Shown piece after piece: positions 8,511 through 16,088 of a stretch of DNA of 30,821 bases. Each line of letters begins with the position of its first letter. Position 1 is the stretch's first letter. The DNA lies in the IMG/VR virus record IMGVR_UViG_3300042399_001275, positions 1 to 30,821 of that record, one strand, 5' to 3'. The notes below the pieces were generated by a model. It did no database searches and was not told the DNA's origin. It saw only the letters and a program-made list of their open reading frames with translations. The translations under genes and the position numbers were made by a program. The stretch is from a virus (lineage: Duplodnaviria > Caudoviricetes).

Positions 8511-8699
8511 CTAGTGGGCTCGGGGAAATGGCGTGTCACCGTGCGGCCAGTAGTCTTTAGCGCCCATCATGTATCCCACCGTGACGGCGATACACGTTAA
8601 CAATTCTGCGAACGGGCTTGTGTCCGGCGAGGGATCATACCGCTCAAGGGGCTTTGTGTCAGTCGATAGCATTTGCATATCCTTTCCTTGGTCAATCAA
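8511..8699 (-). CDS. Hypothetical protein
   Basis: Up to 62 aa. GGAAAGGA precedes the internal ATG (MQMLSTD). Ends just before a terminator. Confidence 0.5.
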   Translation of the reverse strand: MIDQGKDMQMLSTDTKPLERYDPSPDTSPFAELLTCIAVTVGYMMGAKDYWPHGDTPFPRAH

Positions 8700-8707
8700 G
8701 CGCTTAA

Positions 8708-8851
8708 CTATTGCTCACCCTGCCAGGGACAGGGGCGCGGGTCGCGCATTTCACGGCGGACGCAAAACGAAAAGACAAAGCGCCCAAGCCACACAAAGCG
8801 CAATCCCCCTACTCGACGGGTATAGAAGTTAAAAACCGGCTCATGCGTCAT
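8708..8851 (-). CDS. Small hypothetical protein (47 aa)
   Basis: Read by hand: MTHEPVFNFYTRRVGGLRFVWLGRFVFSFCVRREMRDPRPCPWQGEQ. GGAG RBS. Confidence 0.55.
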   Translation of the reverse strand: MTHEPVFNFYTRRVGGLRFVWLGRFVFSFCVRREMRDPRPCPWQGEQ

Positions 8852-8909
8852 TTCAATTGCTCCCGTTGCGATAGCTGGACACTATCGCCGACTTATCCAC
8901 ATGGCAAGC

Positions 8910-8939
8910 AAAAAGAAAAGCCCGGAATAAACCGGGCTT
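8910..8939 (-). terminator. Rho-independent terminator
   Basis: AAGCCCGG/CCGGGCTT stem plus TTCTTTTT on the minus strand. Similar in sequence to the 8460 terminator. Confidence 0.8.
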
Positions 8940-8957
8940 CCCTTCACATGATCCAGC

Positions 8958-9161
8958 CTATCGCCTGGCATTACGGGCTGCTATATACCCTGAGTTATAC
9001 GCTTGGTCCGCTTGTCGCCTATATCCCGCAGGTTCTAGCGCTCGCATCTTCCTGTAGTGCTGGTCTTCAAATTTGGCGCGCGCTTCATCGCCATCGTTGC
9101 GAGCTTTCGCAGCCCTGCGGCCACAATCTTCATATACCTCTAACCCGTTCATAATTACCAT
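8958..9161 (-). CDS. Hypothetical protein
   Basis: 67 aa, G-rich RBS, followed by a terminator. Confidence 0.6.
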   Translation of the reverse strand: MVIMNGLEVYEDCGRRAAKARNDGDEARAKFEDQHYRKMRALEPAGYRRQADQAYNSGYIAARNARR

Positions 9162-9176
9162 AACCCTATCCCCCTC

Positions 9177-9269
9177 TCACATAATCCAGCCTAGCAGCAT
9201 GATGGCCAGGGCTATTGCTCCCAAGGTCGCGAGTGTTTCGCGGCCTTCGATCACATGGCGCGGCTTCAT
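9177..9269 (-). CDS. Small membrane peptide (30 aa)
   Basis: MKPRHVIEGRETLATLGAIALAIMLLGWIM. ATGA overlap with the upstream stop, GAGG RBS. Confidence 0.5.
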   Translation of the reverse strand: MKPRHVIEGRETLATLGAIALAIMLLGWIM

Positions 9270-9544
9270 TCATCCTCACCATAAGCTGACAGGATACGCC
9301 CCCCGCTATCGGCGCAATACAGGCTGGTATCTTCCCATTGGATATCCGCGCCAATAACACGCCATCCTGTAAAGTCATGGTCGCGTATCGCTTCAAGTAT
9401 CAGACGCCTATTCTCGCGTGCGGCCTTGAATGACAGCGCTTCACCATCACTCATGACAAAGTAAACGGGATATCCCCCCGGCCACGCCCACGGCCCTTGG
9501 CGCATGTCGCGCCTGAAGTCTGATATACTGTAGCCCATCGTCAT
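9266..9544 (-). CDS. Conserved phage early-region hypothetical protein (AWPGGYP motif)
   Basis: 92 aa with AWPGGYP.YF...DGEAL. GGAGA RBS, ATGA coupling. Confidence 0.75.
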   Translation of the reverse strand: MTMGYSISDFRRDMRQGPWAWPGGYPVYFVMSDGEALSFKAARENRRLILEAIRDHDFTGWRVIGADIQWEDTSLYCADSGGRILSAYGEDE

Positions 9545-9789
9545 TCTCCCAAATCCCGCAGTGCGGCGCGCACGCGAGCCGTAGTGTATTTGAAGCCATC
9601 CGGCGTCTTTTCCTCACCATAGACGGCCAGGAAACGATGGGCAGCTATGGCGACCCATCGCGCGGCATTTTTCGCCTTGGCACCGGCTATGCAATCCATG
9701 GCGAAACGATAAATAGGTTCGTCGTTGCCAATCCATAGAGCGACGTTCCAATGCCCTTTTGAGGGGTGGCCATTGTACTCCTTGCTCAT
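9541..9789 (-). CDS. Conserved phage hypothetical protein (YNG...WNVALWI.NDE motif, DUF7249-like)
   Basis: 82 aa. Motif recognised from memory, family label not verified. Confidence 0.75.
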   Translation of the reverse strand: MSKEYNGHPSKGHWNVALWIGNDEPIYRFAMDCIAGAKAKNAARWVAIAAHRFLAVYGEEKTPDGFKYTTARVRAALRDLGE

Positions 9790-9792
9790 GAC

Positions 9793-10083
9793 CTATCCCT
9801 TCTGATAGTTGACGAACATGACGGTGGCGCAACGATACGGCCGAAATTCCAGCGTGTCGCCATGATCGTATCGCTTGCCCCTCACACCAGTCAGACCAAC
9901 CGCAGCCTTTGCCCTGCGCATTAGCTCGCGATTGGCGACCTTGTTAGCCTTAGCATAGTTGGTCCCGCCATCGTACCCGTAGTGGGTCAATTCAGGCATG
10001 GCGACAGTAGCGCGGCGGACCCAACAATAGTTAGGCTCGCCCCCGAATGTATCCGTATATTCCACATCATACTTGTGGGACAT
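9793..10083 (-). CDS. Conserved phage hypothetical protein (TDTFGGE.NY.WV motif)
   Basis: 96 aa, GGAGG RBS. Confidence 0.75.
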   Translation of the reverse strand: MSHKYDVEYTDTFGGEPNYCWVRRATVAMPELTHYGYDGGTNYAKANKVANRELMRRAKAAVGLTGVRGKRYDHGDTLEFRPYRCATVMFVNYQKG

Positions 10084-10086
10084 AGC

Positions 10087-10257
10087 CTATTCCTCCCTTT
10101 CTTCGATATCGGCGCGCGGTGCCAGGATGCCCGGCCTCCGCTGGTTTGCATCCTGCATTGCGATTGCCACGTCTACAGGCAATGCGCCTTGTGGCGAGTA
10201 GCGCGCGAGGAAACGCGCCAGGGGGGCCGCATCGTTGTCATCGTTAAAGCGTGCCAT
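10087..10257 (-). CDS. Small hypothetical protein (56 aa)
   Basis: Read by hand: MARFNDDNDAAPLARFLARYSPQG...EERE. GGAGG RBS; fills the gap exactly. Confidence 0.55.
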   Translation of the reverse strand: MARFNDDNDAAPLARFLARYSPQGALPVDVAIAMQDANQRRPGILAPRADIEEREE

Positions 10258-10259
10258 GC

Positions 10260-11372
10260 TCAATCCTCCAAACCAAAATCGGAGCGCTTGGGCGCGATCA
10301 TGAACGAACGATATTCCGCTTCGATATTGGCACGCGCGTCATATGGGTCATTCCCGTACCGCGCGTCCCACGATTTACCAGCTTGCGCGGCTTCGCGCTG
10401 GATATCTTGCGCGCTTCCCAGCTTGCGCACAAAACGAATGGAACCGGATACGAATTTGTCGGCTTGTTGCCCTGTGATAGGTGTTTCCGGCTTCACTAGG
10501 TAGCAGTCACCCTTTGCCCATTGGTACCAATTCTCAATATTGGTAAAATGGTATCCGGACTGGCATATACGCGGCTCTACATACGCAGTCGGAACCACCC
10601 CGCTCAATTCATCCTGCGTGTATTGGTGGCTTGTCCGCTGCGTACCTTTGCCATCGGAATAGGCAAACTTAATATAGGTATCGAGCGGCAATCCCAACGC
10701 AGCGGCAATGGACTGAACGCTAGGCCCGGACCGCAAGCAAGCCGCAGTCGCGAGGATATAATCGCTATCCCGGTTCACCGCGTGTGCGACAAGCCGGTCA
10801 AAAGCCCGTACCGCTTCATTGTATTTCCGTTCTTTACGTTCCCTCACGCGCTTCGCCTTGACCTTGACGGGGTCTAGCGCGTCCAATGCCGTTTGCGTTT
10901 CGTTGCCCCTTCGATACCCACGATAGATATCCGGCGCGGAATATACCGGCCGGGGAATCTTGCTAACCGCCATGCCAATGGCGCGCGCAATGGCGACTGC
11001 CTCTGCATAGTGATTGTGTGAAGCGCAAGAAACGGCAACCGCTTGCCAGTCCGGGGCTTTAGCCTCAGGCACCACGTCCCAAGGCAGGACAATCGCCACG
11101 CTGTCAACGGCCGGATTGATAGCGCGCTGGACCATGGTCGCGACGCAATCGCTTGGCCTGCCCCAAGGGCCATAACGCCGGCCGCGCAGCTGGCCAATCA
11201 CAATGGCGCGGCGCTTCCCTTTGCCAATAGGCCAAGCCACTGGCTCATGCCTGCGATGATCGAAAATGCACTCTGCGGTGTATGACAGAACACCGTGCCT
11301 TGCCTCTTTGGGCGCTTCTTTGTGTCCGCGCCAAGCGGCCAAGGCCGCATAAACAAAAGTGCTTTCCTGCAT
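10260..11372 (-). CDS. Hypothetical protein, first gene of the island, with a C-terminal C..GYHF domain
   Basis: Start moved from 11477 to ATG 11372 (GAGGAG RBS), giving 370 aa. C-terminal ICQSGYHF...DKFVSGSIRFVRKL resembles a widespread phage domain. Confidence 0.7.
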   Translation of the reverse strand: MQESTFVYAALAAWRGHKEAPKEARHGVLSYTAECIFDHRRHEPVAWPIGKGKRRAIVIGQLRGRRYGPWGRPSDCVATMVQRAINPAVDSVAIVLPWDVVPEAKAPDWQAVAVSCASHNHYAEAVAIARAIGMAVSKIPRPVYSAPDIYRGYRRGNETQTALDALDPVKVKAKRVRERKERKYNEAVRAFDRLVAHAVNRDSDYILATAACLRSGPSVQSIAAALGLPLDTYIKFAYSDGKGTQRTSHQYTQDELSGVVPTAYVEPRICQSGYHFTNIENWYQWAKGDCYLVKPETPITGQQADKFVSGSIRFVRKLGSAQDIQREAAQAGKSWDARYGNDPYDARANIEAEYRSFMIAPKRSDFGLED

Positions 11373-11512
11373 AGTAATCTCCTCAAACGTGCTACAATAG
11401 ACGGCTAACCCGTCAGCAAACCGGGGGCTATTGCCTGGCCGGTCCACATTCATCCCATAGCCAGGATACACATGCAAACGGAAAAACGCGCCATCCTGAA
11501 AAATAATGCCGG

Positions 11513-11625
11513 GCGATAGCTGGACGCGGCTAGGGGGCCAATCGACCGGGCTTGCCCTAGAAATGAGCGCGCGCTCACATTAGCGCCGATAACGTGAGCC
11601 CCCACTCATTTGGTATGTTATAACA
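11513..11625. promoter_or_regulatory. Right palindrome/repeat cluster of the early island
   Basis: GCGATAGCTGGAC (11513-11525, also at 8868-8880), CGGCTAGGGGG (11527-11537), palindrome TGAGCGCGCGCTCA (11564-11577) and GGTATGTTATAACA (11612-11625, identical to 8291-8304). Confidence 0.55.
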
Positions 11626-11760
11626 CTACTCTGTTGACACAAATACCAATACATATTTGTGGCACGCCAGGCCACTTTTTAATCCTATATCGCCAAGTGC
11701 TTTTTCGATCGCGCGCCTGAAATCAGGCTGGCAGGATTTCGAATTTCCCCGCAGGAAAAG

Positions 11761-12204
11761 TCAGAACTGTTCTTCCATCTGGTCCGTAATCTGGTCCAGG
11801 GGCGTTCCGACGCTCTCGCCTTCCTCCACGACCTTAAACTCGCTGACCGGCGTCCCGCGGGCTCCTGTGCCCTTCTTGTACGACTTCGTGACCGATCGAT
11901 AGTTCCGGGGCGCTAGCTCGGGCATCCCACCGTCATGCCCCAGGGGATGCTGGCTGCTCTCCTCCATGTCGAGGCCCGCAGCTACCAGGGTCTTCTCGGC
12001 AACGAATATCTCGGCCATGGCCTTCACGGCGACCGCAACCGCCGCCATGTCCTTCATGGGCCTTAGACCCTCGTAGCACTCCACCGTGGTACGCTCCAGG
12101 AGCCTGCGCATGGCCCTGAGGCTGGAGAACGCCTTGCGGTGCCTCCCCATCCTGAGATCATCCCTCAACGTCTCCAGATCGGGCTTGCTGGTGATATCTG
12201 TCAT
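11761..12204 (-). CDS. Hypothetical protein, candidate terminase small subunit
   Basis: 147 aa, helical then beta-rich C-terminus, GC3-rich codons like the late genes. The terS call is positional inference only. Confidence 0.55.
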   Translation of the reverse strand: MTDITSKPDLETLRDDLRMGRHRKAFSSLRAMRRLLERTTVECYEGLRPMKDMAAVAVAVKAMAEIFVAEKTLVAAGLDMEESSQHPLGHDGGMPELAPRNYRSVTKSYKKGTGARGTPVSEFKVVEEGESVGTPLDQITDQMEEQF

Positions 12205-12351
12205 CGAACCACCCTACACCACCCGCCCCGCATCTGCAATCTACGGGGCACAAACCATCGTTAGGCCACGGGTGGCGTTCTTGAGCGCGAACCCCCGCAA
12301 ACCGACCGCAGGTTATTTTCAAACATCTTCATCATCTACCTTATCTCCTAC

Positions 12352-12557
12352 TCTCCCCCTTACAGGGGAGAGAGAGATAGATAAGGGATGATAACGCATA
12401 TACCATAGACGCTGCTAACCCGTTGAAAACTAATACATTTACTGCGTCTTCAACAATGCGTCATCAAGCTTTTTTCCGACCATTCTCCAAAAATCGTTGT
12501 TGACGCACCCCCATAACGACGCAAACAAACCCTTATAAACCAGTTAATATTTGCGTC
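12352..12557. other. AT-rich non-coding region with repeated TGCGTC/GACGCA boxes, candidate replication origin or operator array
   Basis: Hairpin CTCTCCCC...GGGGAGAG near 12352-12373. TGCGTC at 12443, 12457 and 12552; GACGCA at 12502 and 12518. Confidence 0.4.
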
Positions 12558-12558
12558 A

Positions 12559-12587
12559 TTGACAGCGCGGCAATGAGCTTTTACACT
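12559..12587 (+). promoter_or_regulatory. Sigma70-type promoter
   Basis: TTGACA-17 nt-TACACT upstream of the 12604 ORF. Confidence 0.7.
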
Positions 12588-12603
12588 GGCTCATCCGCAC
12601 CAC

Positions 12604-13020
12604 ATGAAAGGACCACCCGTGGCCGACGATCTTGAGCTTATCCGCCTGCGCCAATTCCGCGACGATGTCCTGCGAGCCGTGAAGAAGCTCGGTCACCTGG
12701 AGCGCCCGCGCAAGTCGCGTTCGCCCTCCCCCGCCGCGGAGCGCCTCGATTGGTACGGCTACTGCTACGACGCCCTCGTGGCGCAGCGCAAGCGCTACCC
12801 AGGGGCCTGCCAGATGACGGTCGACGCGATCGTGAAGGGTGGGGACTGGAGCGGCAAGACTGCTCAACAGAAGGCCCGCCTGGCGCGCTGGCTGCGCATG
12901 GTTACCGGTCGCAATGGGGAAGGGCTGGACCCTTCTCACCCGATGGCCCCCGCCTACGTGGGGACACACCCTCTAAGGTTTGCGTGGAGCCCTGACCTCA
13001 CTCCCCCTCCGGAGGAATAA
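12604..13020 (+). CDS. Hypothetical protein (start possibly GTG 12619)
   Basis: 138 aa, GC3-rich, with its own promoter and AAAGGA before the GTG. Convergent with, and overlapping, the primase 3' end. Confidence 0.7.
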   Translation: MKGPPVADDLELIRLRQFRDDVLRAVKKLGHLERPRKSRSPSPAAERLDWYGYCYDALVAQRKRYPGACQMTVDAIVKGGDWSGKTAQQKARLARWLRMVTGRNGEGLDPSHPMAPAYVGTHPLRFAWSPDLTPPPEE

Positions 13021-14956
13021 CACCTCCCCGGAAGCCTGTAACCGCCTTGGTCCCGATCGCACGCGGGGCCAGAGGGTGCGCGGTGTTAAGCGCGCCCCGA
13101 TTGAACACGGAACGCAGCCACGCCGCCGCGCCCCGCACGCCCTCCGTCTCCATCCACTTTGCCAACTCCGGCACCAGCACTTCCGGCCCACTCGCCACCA
13201 GATACTTCTCCGCAATCTGGCCGCGGTTCATTTCTACCGCGATCGTCTCGGTGATCTGACGCTTGCGTATCGCCTCGTCCTTGGGCGCGGTCATCGTTTC
13301 CGGCTCGGCTGCGTCCTCGGCCACGCCCTCCAGCACCAGGCTCGTCTCAGGCTCGTCTCCCTCCTCGACTGGGAACCCCGTGGGGACCTGCTTCATGAGC
13401 CCCCGCCACACCATGCCCTCCATGCCATCCTTCTGGCGCACCAGTTTCAGGCGGCAGGACAGTGGGCGCACCTTCTCGACCAGAAGGCCAGTGTCGAGGG
13501 CGTTCCACATGGCGATCGCGCCCCTCCAATCCCGGCTGCCCTTCGGGGTGTGGTGCACCAGCATGACACAGCACTGAAAATGCAGGCGCAGCGAGTTACA
13601 TGTATCTGCGATTTCGCCCATGTCCTTCGTTGCGTTCTCCTCCTGGCCGGGGGTCGCCCGCGCCAAGGTGTCAACGATGACCAGCACCGGGCCTTTGCCG
13701 CCCCATTTCTCCTCCTTTGCGGCGGCTACACCCCCCAGCAGGCTCTCAAGCTGGGCGGCGTCGGCCAGGTCGATACCGTCCCATACCGCCAGGTTATCGG
13801 ACACCATTGTATTGTGGTGCTTCTCCCAGGCCCTCACGCGCGGGTCGATCGTACCTTCTCCGCTGATATACACCACCGGGCCTTCCGCCCGCACGTCGCG
13901 CTCCAACCACGTCTTCTTGCCGCTGGCCAGTGTGCAGGCGAGGTCCAGCGCCACGAACGACTTGTATGCCCCACCGGGGCCGTACACGCCCGCCAGGCTG
14001 TTCTTCGCGAATACCCCCCTCACCAGCCACGGGGGCTTCGGGCGGCTGCGCCTTTCCGACCAGTAGGTAAGCTTTCGTTTACCTCGGCCATGCGGCGCTT
14101 GCTCCCGCGCTTCTCCAAGGTCGAAACCTTCAGCGGCGCGGTTGCGGGTGCCTTCGTCGATTGCGTCGATGCCGGGTTGCCTTTGGCCGTTCTTGTACGC
14201 CGACCGAACGGTAGCATTGAACTCCTCCTCGTTTTCCTCACACAGGGGCGGGTTTCCCGTCACACTGGGGTGATCCTCCAGCACCTCAAATATCTTTGAA
14301 AGGGAAAGCCCCAAGTCTTTCAAAGTGCAGGCCGTCTTGAAAACGTTTATGTTGCGCTGCCCCTCGTCCGGGGACGGCAGGTTGCGCACGAAGGACAGCG
14401 CCCTCTCGACGTTGGCGGGCTGGTCCAGCTCGACGCGCGGCGTTTCTCGGTCTTCACTGACTTCCCTTTTGCCTTGGGCAAGGGCTTGGAGGAGGCCGGG
14501 GGGCGCGACCAGACAATCAGTTGTAGCGCAGGGCGGTTCATCCCCGTAAGCGTAGACGAAGCCAAGCCCACCCTCTCCAGTCCCTCCTCTGGTATCAAGA
14601 CCTTCACCGAGCAAACGCTGAACGGATGAGGGGGCTTGCCCGAATAGAAAGATATGACGCCCTCCCGTGGGGGTAGATTGCTGCGGGTATTCCCACGCTT
14701 CGAAGTCATGTTCTGCCTCCAGTTTTGCCAGTGAAGTTTCGCCGTCCTTGCCGTTTTTCACGTCCACGTCGATCACGAAGCAGCCCGCCAGACCCGGCAC
14801 CGCAGCTACGCGAGCGTCCGTCCAATCCCACGCACGAATGATGGCCTCGTCCGTGGTAGCCTTCTTCTGCCACTCCTTGATGGCCGGGTGGCCGGTTGAA
14901 CTACAGGGGAACACGGGCCACCCTGCCGCGGCCCAGGCCAATGCACGATCGAGCAT
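12998..14956 (-). CDS. Bifunctional primase-polymerase fused to a RecA-like (AAA_25) helicase
   Basis: N-terminal GWPVFP, VIDVDVKNG and TPTGGRH (Prim-Pol); EGQRN primase C-terminal motif; Walker A GPGGAYKS; VYISGEG; Walker B VIVDTL; LVHHTPK. Confidence 0.92.
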   Translation of the reverse strand: MLDRALAWAAAGWPVFPCSSTGHPAIKEWQKKATTDEAIIRAWDWTDARVAAVPGLAGCFVIDVDVKNGKDGETSLAKLEAEHDFEAWEYPQQSTPTGGRHIFLFGQAPSSVQRLLGEGLDTRGGTGEGGLGFVYAYGDEPPCATTDCLVAPPGLLQALAQGKREVSEDRETPRVELDQPANVERALSFVRNLPSPDEGQRNINVFKTACTLKDLGLSLSKIFEVLEDHPSVTGNPPLCEENEEEFNATVRSAYKNGQRQPGIDAIDEGTRNRAAEGFDLGEAREQAPHGRGKRKLTYWSERRSRPKPPWLVRGVFAKNSLAGVYGPGGAYKSFVALDLACTLASGKKTWLERDVRAEGPVVYISGEGTIDPRVRAWEKHHNTMVSDNLAVWDGIDLADAAQLESLLGGVAAAKEEKWGGKGPVLVIVDTLARATPGQEENATKDMGEIADTCNSLRLHFQCCVMLVHHTPKGSRDWRGAIAMWNALDTGLLVEKVRPLSCRLKLVRQKDGMEGMVWRGLMKQVPTGFPVEEGDEPETSLVLEGVAEDAAEPETMTAPKDEAIRKRQITETIAVEMNRGQIAEKYLVASGPEVLVPELAKWMETEGVRGAAAWLRSVFNRGALNTAHPLAPRAIGTKAVTGFRGGVIPPEGE

Positions 14957-14959
14957 TAC

Positions 14960-15322
14960 TTATTGGTTTCCTTTGGTTCGTCTGCGGTTGTATTCGCGCT
15001 GCCAGGCAAGGCGACGCTCTCGTTCTTCTGCGGTTTCGATAGAACGACGGAAACGGGTTGCAGCAATCTGGCGTTTATACCAAAGCCGGTCGCGAGGCAT
15101 CGTACGTGTTCCGCCGCGGCTCGTCGAAGCTCCACGTCGTTTGGCCGCAGCACAGTCCAGAACTTCTCCGAGCAGAACACGATCGCCCTTCTCCCTTCCG
15201 AACTTCGGCACTACTTTCAGAAAACCGCTTTGTATCCAACGGTTTACGGTGTTGGGGTACACCTTGGCCACCTTCGCAGCCTGCTTGACGGTCAACACCC
15301 GGCGTCGGTCTAGCGTATCCAT
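14960..15322 (-). CDS. Helix-turn-helix DNA-binding protein (excisionase/MerR-like HTH)
   Basis: LTVKQAAKVAKVYPNTVNRWIQSGFL, with a basic C-terminus. Confidence 0.8.
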   Translation of the reverse strand: MDTLDRRRVLTVKQAAKVAKVYPNTVNRWIQSGFLKVVPKFGREKGDRVLLGEVLDCAAAKRRGASTSRGGTRTMPRDRLWYKRQIAATRFRRSIETAEERERRLAWQREYNRRRTKGNQ

Positions 15323-15399
15323 GATACCCGAAAAGTTGCCTGTTGCGCCAGTGGTCTATATCACGGTACAATATTTCCGTCGAATTTGAAGGAGGGATC

Positions 15400-15897
15400 A
15401 TGGAACAACGTAAGCACACGAACCCGGACGGCTCTGTCGTCACGATCTATGTTGGCGAGCGCGCCACGATTGGCGACGAGGCCAGGATTGGCGAGTGGGC
15501 CATTATTGGCGAGTGGGCCATTATTGGCGAGGGGGCCAGGATTGGCGAGGGGGCCAGGATTGGCGAGGAGGCCAGGATTGGCGAGTGGGCCAGGATTGGC
15601 GAGTGGGCCAGGATTGGCGAGTGGGCCAGGATTGGCGAGTGGGCCAGGATTGGCGAGGGGGCCATTATTGGCGACGAGGCCATTATTGGCGACGGGGCCA
15701 TTATTGGCGAGGGGGCCAGACGCCATGCGGTACGTTCGGACGGACATGTGTTTACTGTAGGCACCTTGGATGGTGTTCCTACGGTGTGGGCGGGCTGTCG
15801 TGTGTTCAATGAGCAGGAGGCCCGCACACACTGGGGCGACCCGGGGCATCCGCATCGCGCCGAGACGCTGGCCATCCTCGATTTCCTGTTTCGCTAG
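15400..15897 (+). CDS. Hexapeptide-repeat (left-handed beta-helix) protein
   Basis: Start moved to ATG 15400 (GGAGG RBS). 15 x IG[ED]xAx repeats, then C-terminal RSDG..F...AGCR.F...EA..HW. Confidence 0.85.
   Translation: MEQRKHTNPDGSVVTIYVGERATIGDEARIGEWAIIGEWAIIGEGARIGEGARIGEEARIGEWARIGEWARIGEWARIGEWARIGEGAIIGDEAIIGDGAIIGEGARRHAVRSDGHVFTVGTLDGVPTVWAGCRVFNEQEARTHWGDPGHPHRAETLAILDFLFR
15451..15720 (+). repeat. Coding tandem repeat, 15 x 18 bp
   Basis: Consensus ATTGGCGAG(TGG/GGG/GAG)GCC(AGG/ATT), with four identical consecutive units. Confidence 0.95.
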
Positions 15898-15908
15898 AAA
15901 GGACTACA

Positions 15909-16088
15909 ATGGCTTCAGCATTTCGCCTTGAACTGGTCGTCACGCGCCGCACGGTGCCTGACGCGAGCTTCGATGACGCCCTGGACAAGCTGCGCGACGT
16001 CAAGGCGTTTGCCGAGAACTGCGGCTACGTTCAGCATTTCGCGATCGCAATTTCCGAAGACGCCGACGAAAAAGAAAAGACCAATTGA
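15909..16088 (+). CDS. Small hypothetical protein (59 aa)
   Basis: Read by hand: MASAFRLELVVTRRTVPDASFDDALDKLRDVKAFAENCGYVQHFAIAISEDADEKEKTN. AAAGGA RBS; stop overlaps the helicase TTG. Confidence 0.7.
   Translation: MASAFRLELVVTRRTVPDASFDDALDKLRDVKAFAENCGYVQHFAIAISEDADEKEKTN

Noticed and set aside
10874-11386. +1-frame ORFs in the island gene, and those at 1279-1593, 20358-20576, 22690-23073 and 30163-30399
   Set aside because: Either the whole region is low in GC3, so there is no contrast, or the peptides are the R/P/S/A/T-rich by-product of GC3-rich host codons with no convincing SD. Not counted as overprinting candidates.
11634-11662. TTGACA promoter on the plus strand
   Set aside because: No acceptable -10 at 16-18 nt and no supported plus-strand gene downstream.
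14960-15322. Excisionase implying a temperate lifestyle
   Set aside because: No integrase, att site or CI-like repressor in the window, and this HTH type is a generic DNA-binding domain.
15451-15720. Possible CRISPR array
   Set aside because: Contiguous 18-bp units with no unique spacers, in frame within a CDS. The DUF2800 Cas4-like gene is a normal phage replication nuclease.
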